This document shows positions 38,431 to 47,425 of a stretch of 64,000 nt of DNA, one piece after another. The DNA comes from Oscillospiraceae bacterium (GTDB lineage Bacteria > Bacillota > Clostridia > Oscillospirales > CAG-272), in NCBI GenBank assembly GCA_015064965.1, contig SVRG01000001.1:24448-88447 (forward strand), read 5' to 3'. Position numbers and translations under genes: made by a program. The stretch's first letter is position 1. Each line of letters opens with the position of its first letter. A model generated the notes under the pieces. The model was not told the origin of the DNA and did not search any database. It was given only the letters and a program-made list of their open reading frames with translations.

Positions 38431-39135
38431 ATGGACAACGAAAAAAGAAGGGTCCTCCTTGTCGAGGATGAAAAAAACATCGCGCTTCTTCTGGCGCACA
38501 ACTTAAACAGCTCCGGCTTTGAAACCGTTGTGGCTTATGACGGTGAAGAGGGCCTTAAAAAAGCTTTGACCGAAAAATTTGACATTGTGCTGCTTGATAT
38601 AATGCTCCCGAAACTTGACGGATTCAAGGTGCTTGAAGGTATCCGCACAAGAAGCGACGTGCCGGTGATCATGGTTACTGCGCGCGACGATGACAAGGAC
38701 AAGATCGCAGGTCTTGAAAACGGCGCTGACGACTATGTTACAAAGCCGTACAAGCTCCACGAGCTGATTGCGCGCATCCGCGCCAACATCCGCCGCAGCC
38801 GCGATGAGATAATCACGCATATAGCCGGCAACAGCGGTACCACCACCGTGCGCGGACTCTCCATCGACCGCTCGCGCTATATAGCGACCAAGGACGGTGT
38901 AACGCTTGAACTGTCCAAAAAAGAATATGACTTGCTCCTCTTTCTCATGGAAAACGTGGGCAAACCGTTCTCGCGCGAGGAGCTGCTTGGCAAGGTCTGG
39001 GGCTATGACGGATTCCTCGGCGACGTAAACACCGTTGACGTTACTGTTTCGCGCTTGCGCAAAAAGCTTGAAAAAGACCCCTCCAACCCCGAATACCTCA
39101 TTACAAAACGCGGTGTCGGATACTATATCCAGTAA
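38431..39135 (+). CDS. OmpR-family response regulator (WalR/YycF-like)
   Basis: 234 aa, receiver domain (LLVEDE, DIVLLDIMLP) and winged-helix C-terminus (YLITKRGVGY). Confidence 0.9.
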   Translation: MDNEKRRVLLVEDEKNIALLLAHNLNSSGFETVVAYDGEEGLKKALTEKFDIVLLDIMLPKLDGFKVLEGIRTRSDVPVIMVTARDDDKDKIAGLENGADDYVTKPYKLHELIARIRANIRRSRDEIITHIAGNSGTTTVRGLSIDRSRYIATKDGVTLELSKKEYDLLLFLMENVGKPFSREELLGKVWGYDGFLGDVNTVDVTVSRLRKKLEKDPSNPEYLITKRGVGYYIQ

Positions 39136-39143
39136 GGTGACGT

Positions 39144-40913
39144 ATGTACAGAGGATTATATTTTAAAATCATACTTATCCTCGTTGTGTTCATTCTCATT
39201 GTCATGAGCGTTGTCGGAGCAGTGCTCATAAGCAATGTACTTGCATTTTACAACGAGGAATTCTCAAGCTGCATGGACCAGAACTTTGCTTCAGACGGTC
39301 AGCTGCGCGTTTATCTTGAAAACGCAATGACAAATGACAGCACCGCCGCAAATGCGGAAAATCAGCGCACGATTTTAGAGGCATACAGTTCGCGTCTTGG
39401 CATTGACGACTACCGCAGCTACTACATTCTCGACAAGGACGGCGGATTTCTTGCAGGCAGCAATGCCGAGGGCGAAAAAATCGCGCTCACGCCCAACATC
39501 ATATCCGCTATCGGTGGCAATGTGGGCGATGCCAAAAACCAAAGCTCCGATTTTGCAGACTTTGCACTTCCGCTTTCAAACGGAAGCTCACAGTGCATAA
39601 TCTATATCCGAGACACGCAGGAGGAGCTAAGCGAAGTTTCGTGGATGCTTTTCTCCATTATTCTTCAAGCGCTCTTTATCGGGCTTATAATCGCGTTTAT
39701 CCTCTCGTTTTTCCTTGCGCGTGCGATCTCGCTGCCGCTATCCAAGCTCACCGAAGGTGTTCAGCGTGTTTCAAAGGGTAATTTCAAAGAAAAAATCCGC
39801 GTGCAGTCCAATGACGAAATCGGCGTGCTCACCGAAAACTTCAACCACATGAGCCGCATGATCGAAGAAAACCTTGACGAAATCAACGGCGAGCGCGAAA
39901 AGCTTGAAACCGTACTCTCCTGCCTCAAGGACGCGGTTATCACCTTTGGCGAAGACGGCAAGCCGCTGCAGATAAACGATGCGGCGCGCACACTTTTTGA
40001 GGACAACCTTGCAAACCTTTCGCTTGACTATATGTTCAGCCTTTTGAACTACGATAGAAACGATATCGACATTGACCTTGGCGACAATGGTGCAGGCGTT
40101 CCTGCCGTACATTACAATGACCGCGTATACGAGCTTTATTTCGGCAACATCCGCTACCGTGACAACGAAAAAATGCACGAGGGCATTATTCTCGTTATCC
40201 ACGACGTGACGCAGAGCTATGCACTTGACCTCAGCCGCCGCGAATTTGTTGCAAATGCTTCACACGAGCTTCGCACACCCCTGACCACCATCAAAATGGT
40301 GCTTGAAACACTCGCAGGCGACGAAAATATCACATCAAACGAGCTTACAAAGAGCTTTCTTGAAATGGCAGAAACCGAAAGCACACGCATGGAGGCGCTT
40401 ATCAAAAATCTCCTGACGCTTTCGCAAATAGACTCAAAGACGATGAGCTTTGACATGAAGCGCATCTGTATTACCGAATCAGTTGCATCAATCGCAAAAA
40501 CGCTCAGCTATACCGCAACATCAAAGGAACAGTCGCTCACGTTTGACGGCACGTTTGACGAGCTTTATATCAGCGGCGACAGGATCCGCGTTGAGCAGAC
40601 GATTATCAACATCGTTTCAAACGCAATCAAATACACTCAAAGCGGCGGCGAAATTCACATTTCACTTGCCGAAGCAGGCGACAACATTGAGATTTCGGTG
40701 CGCGACAACGGCGTTGGCATTCCCAAAGAGGATTTGCCGCGGTTGTTTGAGCGTTTCTACCGCGTGGAAAAGGCGCGTAACAGCGCCGCGGGCGGCACCG
40801 GTCTCGGACTTGCAATTGCAAAAGAATTTGCCCTGGCTCACGGCGGCGACATCACTGTTGAGAGCGAAGTGGGCGTGGGCACCACATTCAAAATCATTTT
40901 TCCCAAAGCATAG
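39144..40913 (+). CDS. Sensor histidine kinase (WalK-like: 2 TM, HAMP, PAS-like, HisKA, HATPase_c)
   Basis: 589 aa, H-box SHELRTPLT, N-box SNAIKYT, G-boxes DNGVGI and GGTGLGLAI. Confidence 0.9.
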   Translation: MYRGLYFKIILILVVFILIVMSVVGAVLISNVLAFYNEEFSSCMDQNFASDGQLRVYLENAMTNDSTAANAENQRTILEAYSSRLGIDDYRSYYILDKDGGFLAGSNAEGEKIALTPNIISAIGGNVGDAKNQSSDFADFALPLSNGSSQCIIYIRDTQEELSEVSWMLFSIILQALFIGLIIAFILSFFLARAISLPLSKLTEGVQRVSKGNFKEKIRVQSNDEIGVLTENFNHMSRMIEENLDEINGEREKLETVLSCLKDAVITFGEDGKPLQINDAARTLFEDNLANLSLDYMFSLLNYDRNDIDIDLGDNGAGVPAVHYNDRVYELYFGNIRYRDNEKMHEGIILVIHDVTQSYALDLSRREFVANASHELRTPLTTIKMVLETLAGDENITSNELTKSFLEMAETESTRMEALIKNLLTLSQIDSKTMSFDMKRICITESVASIAKTLSYTATSKEQSLTFDGTFDELYISGDRIRVEQTIINIVSNAIKYTQSGGEIHISLAEAGDNIEISVRDNGVGIPKEDLPRLFERFYRVEKARNSAAGGTGLGLAIAKEFALAHGGDITVESEVGVGTTFKIIFPKA

Positions 40914-40935
40914 AATAAATTAAAAGGAGGGCAGC

Positions 40936-42276
40936 ATGGAAAAAATCAAAGCAAAACCGATTGAAATTTTCAAAAATATAATAATTGCGATTCTGACAGT
41001 AACCATGCTGCTTTTAGCAGGACTTTACATCGGCGGCTCGCAGTTCATGTCCAACAGAGGCGCAATAAACACTGTCGATATGCCAAACAGTTCTGTTACG
41101 GTGGGCACCGATGCGCCCGAGCGCTCGTCCCTTTATAAAAAGGACCTGCTCGCCGTGTCCTACGCCGCAATAAGCTGCTCCGGCGGCGGCGGTGCATACG
41201 GAAACGAGCCGGCAGCGCGCGACCTCTTTGATTTCGCGGCAGAGCCGATCCACTCGCTTTTAGGCTCAAGTGCAACAATAGAAAAAACCACAAAATCCGC
41301 ATTTGAAAATGCGCTGTCCAACGGAAGATACATCTTTTTCTCGCTTGCAGCGCCGCTGCCATATCAGGTAATTTACGCACTGAGCGGCGAATACCTCGCG
41401 CCAGCCGGAAATGACGAGGCTATCAGCTCTGACACGCTGCTTCTCTCCTTCTCCACTGACGGAAAAACCGCGCTCTATCTCAAAAACGGCGAAAAATATT
41501 ACCTCGCATCCGCCGACTACCGCATAAGCCTTGCAGAAGCGGCGGCAATGGCAAGCGACTCCCGCCTTTGCGAATATGTAATCAAAGAAAATGCCGTAGC
41601 GGTTTCATCCGCATCGCCGCATACACAGACTTTGTCGCTTGCGGAGGGCAGAATTCCCTCGGGCAAGACCTACACATCCATACTGTCACTGCTTGAATAT
41701 GACGATGCGGACGCGCAGGCACTGACCCTTGATGTTGACATCGTTGCGCCCCACGGTACCGTTTCGTTCACCGATGAAAAAATGGTTTACACCGCATCAA
41801 ATGACAGCGGCCTTGCTATTTCCGCTTTTCTTGAGAGCAATGTGGAATCGCTGGATATTTCTTTTATTGATGTTTTGCGCGCATCGGTCTCGCTCATGGA
41901 AAAAATACAGAGTGCCTATCCGGAAATGACCGGCGAAGCACTTGACATGTACCTTGACGGATTTTACTATGATGACGGCACATACACTGCCATTTTCGGT
42001 TTGTCCGACTCGTCCATTCCCATTTCGGGCAAAAAGCTCCCCTATCTTGCAAAACTCACATCGGCAAACGGCAGATTCAAGAGCATTGACCTTAGATTTA
42101 TCGGCGCCGTGAAAAGCGGTAAAACCACATCCGCCTTCCCCTCTGAATGGGAATACTCCTACGCATCCAAAAACAGCAAAATAGACTCTTTTGTGCTTCG
42201 CTATGCGGTGGACACCCTCCCGCTTGGCGAGCTGGACGCGCATTGGTACTATACCGGAGAGGAGGTGCCAAAGTGA
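40936..42276 (+). CDS. Membrane-anchored extracytoplasmic protein, YycH-like by size and position
   Basis: 446 aa, a single N-terminal TM helix, directly downstream of the WalRK-like pair. No sequence motif recognised, so this is assigned from context only. Confidence 0.4.
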   Translation: MEKIKAKPIEIFKNIIIAILTVTMLLLAGLYIGGSQFMSNRGAINTVDMPNSSVTVGTDAPERSSLYKKDLLAVSYAAISCSGGGGAYGNEPAARDLFDFAAEPIHSLLGSSATIEKTTKSAFENALSNGRYIFFSLAAPLPYQVIYALSGEYLAPAGNDEAISSDTLLLSFSTDGKTALYLKNGEKYYLASADYRISLAEAAAMASDSRLCEYVIKENAVAVSSASPHTQTLSLAEGRIPSGKTYTSILSLLEYDDADAQALTLDVDIVAPHGTVSFTDEKMVYTASNDSGLAISAFLESNVESLDISFIDVLRASVSLMEKIQSAYPEMTGEALDMYLDGFYYDDGTYTAIFGLSDSSIPISGKKLPYLAKLTSANGRFKSIDLRFIGAVKSGKTTSAFPSEWEYSYASKNSKIDSFVLRYAVDTLPLGELDAHWYYTGEEVPK

Positions 42277-43130
42277 GTTGGAAAAATGTTAAAAACTTTT
42301 TGATAGTTCTTCTCGTTGCAGTAAACATTGTGCTTTCGATATACGCCTACAGGTATTATTTTGCATCTACCTTTACCGATGCAGATACGGCACAAATTGC
42401 ATCTGAAGTGCTTAAAAGCAGCGGAATCAACATCGGCGCGGATACTCTTGCAGTAAAAAAAGACTCCGCAGAAACGCTCTACTGTTCATACGACCGCGAG
42501 CACTATCTTGCGCTCGTTTGCTCACTCTTTTTTGGGAAAGAGGCGGACGGAATCTACCTTGTGCCAAGCGGAATCAAAGCCGAAACACTTGAGGGCGACT
42601 CAATCACTCTCGGCTACGACATGCAGATAAACTACACAAATGCCGCATTGAAAGATGAAATAACTGCGGCACTCTCCAAAGCGGATCCGATTGAAGCGGA
42701 GGAGTCAAAAGCTGTGCGCCAGACGCTTGAAACGCTGATCGCCCTGCCCGAAAACTCGCTTTCGGATGCAGAGTGCACCGCCTACGGCGACTATGTGTTC
42801 ATCACCGCAAACCAGTTTGAAAACAGTTTACCTCTGTACGGCATGACTTGCATTTTTGGCATCAGAAACGGCAAATTGGTCCACGCAGACGGCAAACACT
42901 TTTTCGGTGTGCCCGAAGGCAAAGAAAGCTCACAAATTTTAGACAAAGTAAATATAATGTTTAGTGAAAAGCTGCGCGGTGAAACCGGCACAGTAAAAGA
43001 CATTCGCCTTTGCTACACGCTCTACGAAGACTCCCTGTCCGACAGAATGCTGTTTATTCCCTCATATGAAATCCTATACGAGGACGGCAGGACAAATGCA
43101 ATAAATGCACTGACAAAAGAAAAATACTGA
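42273..43130 (+). CDS. Membrane-anchored extracytoplasmic protein, YycI-like by size and position
   Basis: GTG start overlapping the upstream TGA (GTGA) with SD ggagg 7 nt upstream. 285 aa, N-terminal TM (FLIVLLVAVNIVLSIYAY). Confidence 0.4.
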   Translation: MSWKNVKNFLIVLLVAVNIVLSIYAYRYYFASTFTDADTAQIASEVLKSSGINIGADTLAVKKDSAETLYCSYDREHYLALVCSLFFGKEADGIYLVPSGIKAETLEGDSITLGYDMQINYTNAALKDEITAALSKADPIEAEESKAVRQTLETLIALPENSLSDAECTAYGDYVFITANQFENSLPLYGMTCIFGIRNGKLVHADGKHFFGVPEGKESSQILDKVNIMFSEKLRGETGTVKDIRLCYTLYEDSLSDRMLFIPSYEILYEDGRTNAINALTKEKY

Positions 43131-43200
43131 CACTATTGAAAATCCAGCGAAATTATGCTATACTGATTTTTGTTAAATTCCCGAAAGGACTTTCTGCCCT

Positions 43201-44457
43201 ATGGATAAAATCGTAATTAACGGCGGCACTCCGCTCACCGGAACTGTTGAGATAAGCGGCGCAAAAAATGCTGCTTTGCCGGTTCTTTTTGGCACCATTC
43301 TCACCGCTGACCGTTGCGTTATAGAAAATGTACCCGAAATACTTGACGTTGACCTCACTCTCGAAATTCTCGAAAAAATGGGGGCAAAGGTCCGCCGTGA
43401 TCACACCACAGTTGAGATTGATACACGCGACATTCTCCCATGCCGCTCCCCCTATGAACTTGTAAGCCGTATGCGCGGCTCTACATACCTCATCGGCGCA
43501 GAGCTTGGCAGATTCAAGCAGGCAAAAGTGGGTATGACCGGCGGCTGCAACTTTGGTATCCGCCCGATCGACCAGCACGTTAAAGGCTTTAAGGCACTTG
43601 GCGCAACGGTTGATACCAGAGGCGGCTATGTTGAGGCTTTTGCAGATGAGCTTGTCGGCTGCGAGGTTTATTTTGACAAAGTTTCCGTTGGCGCAACAGT
43701 AAATGTAATTCTTGCCAGCGTATTTGCAAAGGGCACAACCGTTCTTGAAAGTGCCGCGCGCGAGCCGCACATCGTTGACCTTGCAAACTTTCTCAATGCC
43801 TGCGGCGCGAACATCACCGGCGCCGGAACCGATACAATCAAAATCAAGGGCGTGGAAAAGCTCCACGGCTGCACATATGCCATTATCCCCGATATGATCG
43901 AAGCCGGAACATTTATGTTTGCGGCGGCAGCAACCGGCGGTAATGTGAAAATCAACAATGTAATTCCAAAACACCTTGACTCCATCTCGGCAAAGCTTTC
44001 TGAAATGGGCGTTTACGTTGAGGAGCTTGACGATGCGATAATTGTTCGACGCGACGGCGATATGAAAAACATCAATGTAAAAACACGTCCGTACCCCGGA
44101 TTCCCCACCGATATGCAACCGCAAATGACCGCGCTGCTCTGCTTTGCAAAGGGCGACAGCAAGGTTATCGAGGGCGTTTGGGATAACCGCTTCCGCTATG
44201 TCGAGGAGCTGCGCAAAACGGGCGCATACATTGACGTTGCAGGCGAGACCGCCATTATTCACGGCGGCGCGGCAGAGCTTGTGGGCGCGCCAATGCGCTC
44301 GGTTGACCTCCGCGCAGGCGCCGCAATGGTAATAATGGGGCTTGCAGTAAACGGACGCACCGAAATTGTCGATATCCACACCATTGAGCGCGGATATGAC
44401 AACATTGTAAAAAAGCTCCGCGGGCTTGGCGCGGACATCAGAAAAGTTTCATTTTAA
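43201..44457 (+). CDS. murA: UDP-N-acetylglucosamine 1-carboxyvinyltransferase
   Basis: 418 aa, MDKIVINGGTPLTGTVEISGAKNAALP, catalytic-loop Cys (TGGCNFGIRPID). Confidence 0.96.
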   Translation: MDKIVINGGTPLTGTVEISGAKNAALPVLFGTILTADRCVIENVPEILDVDLTLEILEKMGAKVRRDHTTVEIDTRDILPCRSPYELVSRMRGSTYLIGAELGRFKQAKVGMTGGCNFGIRPIDQHVKGFKALGATVDTRGGYVEAFADELVGCEVYFDKVSVGATVNVILASVFAKGTTVLESAAREPHIVDLANFLNACGANITGAGTDTIKIKGVEKLHGCTYAIIPDMIEAGTFMFAAAATGGNVKINNVIPKHLDSISAKLSEMGVYVEELDDAIIVRRDGDMKNINVKTRPYPGFPTDMQPQMTALLCFAKGDSKVIEGVWDNRFRYVEELRKTGAYIDVAGETAIIHGGAAELVGAPMRSVDLRAGAAMVIMGLAVNGRTEIVDIHTIERGYDNIVKKLRGLGADIRKVSF

Positions 44458-44463
44458 CAGCAA

Positions 44464-44494
44464 AAAAGGCATCCTTTCGGATGCCTTTTATTTT
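44464..44494. terminator. Bidirectional rho-independent terminator (murA / convergent surface-protein gene)
   Basis: aaaaggcatcc-tttc-ggatgcctttt flanked by A6 and T-runs. Confidence 0.85.
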
Positions 44495-44887
44495 TTATTT
44501 TACAAGAGTTGCTGTATTTGTTGCCGCATCCCACTTGATGTTCTCGTTCTTCACGCCGAGAGCGTTTGCAATCGCACGTACGGGGAGATATGTGCGGTTA
44601 TTTTCAATAATCGCGGGAGAGTCAAGCGCAACTGCAAGACCGTTAACGGTCATGGAGGGCGCGTCAATCTTTACAACGATAGTGGTTTCGCTGTTGGAAA
44701 GTGTTGCGGTTCTTGTAGCCGCATCCCACTTGATACCGTCATTGCTTACGCCAAAAGCGTTTGCAAGAAAACGAACAGGAAGCATGGTGCGGTTATTGCG
44801 GTTGATGGGAGCCGCATCAAGAGTTTCTGCCTTGCCGTTGATGTATGCGGTCTTGGAGCCGATGGTGAGTTTAACCTCGGTCTTTTC
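44495..44887 (-). repeat. 393-bp shared C-terminal module, copy 3 (fused to an unrelated N-terminus)
   Basis: Similarity begins abruptly at the codons for EKTEVKL (44887). Upstream of that the protein is unrelated to the DUF1080 paralogs. Confidence 0.9.
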
Positions 44888-46138
44888 CTCTTCAAGAGTT
44901 TCTGGCATAATAACTATACCGTCGCCCTCGATGGAGTCAAAGCCGTGATCGGCATTTTCAAAAATAAGAGTGCCGCCTGCCTCAACAACAAGCTTCATTG
45001 TATAAAGCTGCTTTGTAAGGTTCTGCACGCCGTCACCGATGGTGAGAACGCCGCCGTTTGCAACCTTGATCGTGTTCTGACCGTTCTCCTGGAAGAGAAT
45101 AATGTTTTCAAGACGGACATCGCCCTCAATGGTGAGAGTTTTCTCGGAGAGCATCTTTATCATGCCGCTTTCGGGATTTTCTACATTGTCAGAATTCACA
45201 TAGTTTGTGCCGCCGTATTCACCGGTAATTGTGAGTTTGCTGCCGAGTTTGGGAATGGTATAGTCGCCACCAACGTAAAGACGTCCGGTAACAACAAGCG
45301 TACCGCCGCCTGCAACTACTGACATAGCGCCGTTTGCATTGAGTGCAAGGAGTGACTTTTTAGGTGTGCTTGGGCTAAGTCCGTCATTGTTATTGTTGCC
45401 GCTATTGTATGCGATATAACCAACTGCCGGAGGAACATTGATAAGCTCGGAGTTGTCCTCCTTGGGAGTCTCGCCCTGCTTAACCTTGAGGTAATCGTAG
45501 GTGTAGCCCTCAACAACCTCACCGCCGTTTTGGCAAACAACGTCAAAGTCGCCGCCGCCAATAATTGCACGGCCGCCGTTTTCAACAATGATCTGCACCT
45601 TTACACCGGTTTTTGACATGGACTTAACACCGTCACCGATAACAAGGGTCGCGCCGCTCTTTACAACAAAAGCAGTTGCAACAGGATGCTCCTGGAAAAC
45701 GATGATGTCATCAATGATAACATCGCTTTCAAATGTCATCTGAGCACCCGATGCCATTTTGAATGCACACGAGGGATTTGACGCGGGGGTATCGTTCATA
45801 TAAACGGTACCGCCATATGTGGAGGTGATAAGCATAGGAGTTTTCAGCTTGGGAAGTGTATAGTTTTTCGCAAGATATGCCTTGGCGGATATAACAAGAG
45901 TACCGCCGTTTGCAAGCAGACCGATAGCTCCCGATGCGCGCACGGAGCCAAAAGTCTTTTTAGCCGAAGAAGCACTTGAGCCCGATGCATCATCGCTGCC
46001 GCCGTTGTAATCCATAAATGCAACAGAATCGCTTGTGATATAGGGGAGGTCTGCAGGGGCAGTTCCCTCAGCCGCGTAAAGGGGCATTGCCAAAGCAAGC
46101 ATCACAAGTGCGAGTGCGAATGAAAGAATCTTTTTCAT
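44495..46138 (-). CDS. Secreted protein: two ~190-aa beta-helix-like internal repeats + the shared C-terminal wall-binding module
   Basis: Start at MKKILSFALALV (SD ggagg). Signal peptide (LYA-AE). Internal duplication: GGTLVISAKAYLAKNYTLPKLKTPMLITSTYGGTVY versus GGTLVVTGRLYVGGDYTIPKLGSKLTITGEYGGTNY. Confidence 0.65.
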   Translation of the reverse strand: MKKILSFALALVMLALAMPLYAAEGTAPADLPYITSDSVAFMDYNGGSDDASGSSASSAKKTFGSVRASGAIGLLANGGTLVISAKAYLAKNYTLPKLKTPMLITSTYGGTVYMNDTPASNPSCAFKMASGAQMTFESDVIIDDIIVFQEHPVATAFVVKSGATLVIGDGVKSMSKTGVKVQIIVENGGRAIIGGGDFDVVCQNGGEVVEGYTYDYLKVKQGETPKEDNSELINVPPAVGYIAYNSGNNNNDGLSPSTPKKSLLALNANGAMSVVAGGGTLVVTGRLYVGGDYTIPKLGSKLTITGEYGGTNYVNSDNVENPESGMIKMLSEKTLTIEGDVRLENIILFQENGQNTIKVANGGVLTIGDGVQNLTKQLYTMKLVVEAGGTLIFENADHGFDSIEGDGIVIMPETLEEEKTEVKLTIGSKTAYINGKAETLDAAPINRNNRTMLPVRFLANAFGVSNDGIKWDAATRTATLSNSETTIVVKIDAPSMTVNGLAVALDSPAIIENNRTYLPVRAIANALGVKNENIKWDAATNTATLVK

Positions 46139-46258
46139 ATTTACCTCCAAAAGGGGATATTTTAACAAATATATTATACATGAAAGGCGCGCGCAAGTCA
46201 AGAAATCACAAAAACAGTTGCGTTTTAGGGAAATGAGTGGTTAATAAATTTGCAAAAC

Positions 46259-46284
46259 AAAAACCGCGGCATTGCCGCGGTTTT
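46259..46284 (-). terminator. Rho-independent terminator
   Basis: aaaaaccgcggc-att-gccgcggtttt. Confidence 0.8.
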
Positions 46285-46291
46285 AATTGTT

Positions 46292-47404
46292 TTACTGTGC
46301 AACGGTTTCTTCAACTGTTGTTTCTGTAACTGCTGCGGTAGTTTCTGCCGCAGTGGTTTCGGGAGCAACCTCTTCAGTAACAACTGCTGCAGTGGTTTCA
46401 GCAGCGGTTGTTTCTTCAGCTTCTGCACGCTCCTGTTCGCCTCTTGCAACGGATTCCTTGCTGAGAGCGGTGAGTCTTTCAATTACCTTTTCACGGTAAA
46501 CTTCGGTTTCGATAACCTTCTTGTCAACAGCCTTCTTGAACTGTGCTGCATCGGTGTAGCCGTAGCTTGCAGCAAGTTCTTCTGCCATTGCATCAAATTC
46601 CTCTTCGGTATATGTAAGGTTTTCAGCCTGAACAAAAGCATATACTGCAAACTCAGAGTCAACAGAAGCCTTTGCTTCCTTTTCGCAATACTCATCAGTA
46701 ATGCCGTAAACGCTCATGTTTTCCATCATACCGTACATTCTGTAGGTGTACTCGTAGTTCTTATAGATGGTGTTTGCAACATTTTTAACGTACTTTTCAG
46801 GGTACTTGTTAACAGTTACAAAGCTCTGAATGACGGACCATACTGCGCTTGTATCGTCGGTTTCTTCCTGTACGTGAGCAAGCACCTCGGGGTCGGTGAG
46901 GATAGCGCTGTCATAAACTGCGTTGAGGGTGATCTCAAACTTTGCATCCTTGCCCTTGAGCTCTGCGTTGCCGTAGTCTTCAGGGAAAGTAACGTCGATA
47001 GTCTTAACCTCGCCCTTTGCCATGCCAACGATGCCGTCTTCAAAGCCGTCAATCATTGTGTCAGAACCGAGGCGGAGGAGTGTGCCCTCTGCGCTGCCGC
47101 CCTCAAACTCAACACCGTTCATCGTGCCGACAAAGTCGATATCAACGATATCACCGTCAGCCGCTGCGCTTTCAAGCTCAACGAGCTTGTCGCTTACATG
47201 GGAGAGATGACTGATAATATCAGCTTCATCGGGAGCGGTAACAAACATCTCAAGGTCAATTCCGAAGTTCTTGTAGTCGCCAAGGGTTACATATCCCTCG
47301 TCAACGAGGTTAACGGTGGCATAATCAATGCTGCCGTCAGAGCAGGAAACGAGAGAAAATGCGAGCATTGCTGCTAAAACGAGTGCTAAAAGTGTCTTTT
47401 TCAT
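46292..47404 (-). CDS. Lipoprotein, trigger-factor-like FKBP-type PPIase (paralog 1; Thr/Glu-rich C-terminal tail)
   Basis: Lipobox FSLVSC. TF PPIase-domain block GDIVDIDFVGTMNGVEFEGGSAEGTLLRLGSDTMIDGFEDGIVGMAKGEVKTIDVTFPEDYG. No TF ribosome-binding domain. Confidence 0.75.
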   Translation of the reverse strand: MKKTLLALVLAAMLAFSLVSCSDGSIDYATVNLVDEGYVTLGDYKNFGIDLEMFVTAPDEADIISHLSHVSDKLVELESAAADGDIVDIDFVGTMNGVEFEGGSAEGTLLRLGSDTMIDGFEDGIVGMAKGEVKTIDVTFPEDYGNAELKGKDAKFEITLNAVYDSAILTDPEVLAHVQEETDDTSAVWSVIQSFVTVNKYPEKYVKNVANTIYKNYEYTYRMYGMMENMSVYGITDEYCEKEAKASVDSEFAVYAFVQAENLTYTEEEFDAMAEELAASYGYTDAAQFKKAVDKKVIETEVYREKVIERLTALSKESVARGEQERAEAEETTAAETTAAVVTEEVAPETTAAETTAAVTETTVEETVAQ

Positions 47405-47425
47405 TTTTATTCTCCTTGAATTTTA

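Noticed and set aside
43153-44379. 408-aa minus-strand ORF antisense to murA; similar cases are 52255-53568 antisense to pgk and 53493-54269 antisense to tpiA
   Set aside because: Same reasoning: these are mirror ORFs of highly conserved glycolytic or wall genes. The sequence is Cys-rich and odd, with no ribosome-binding sites. The sense genes have unambiguous signatures.
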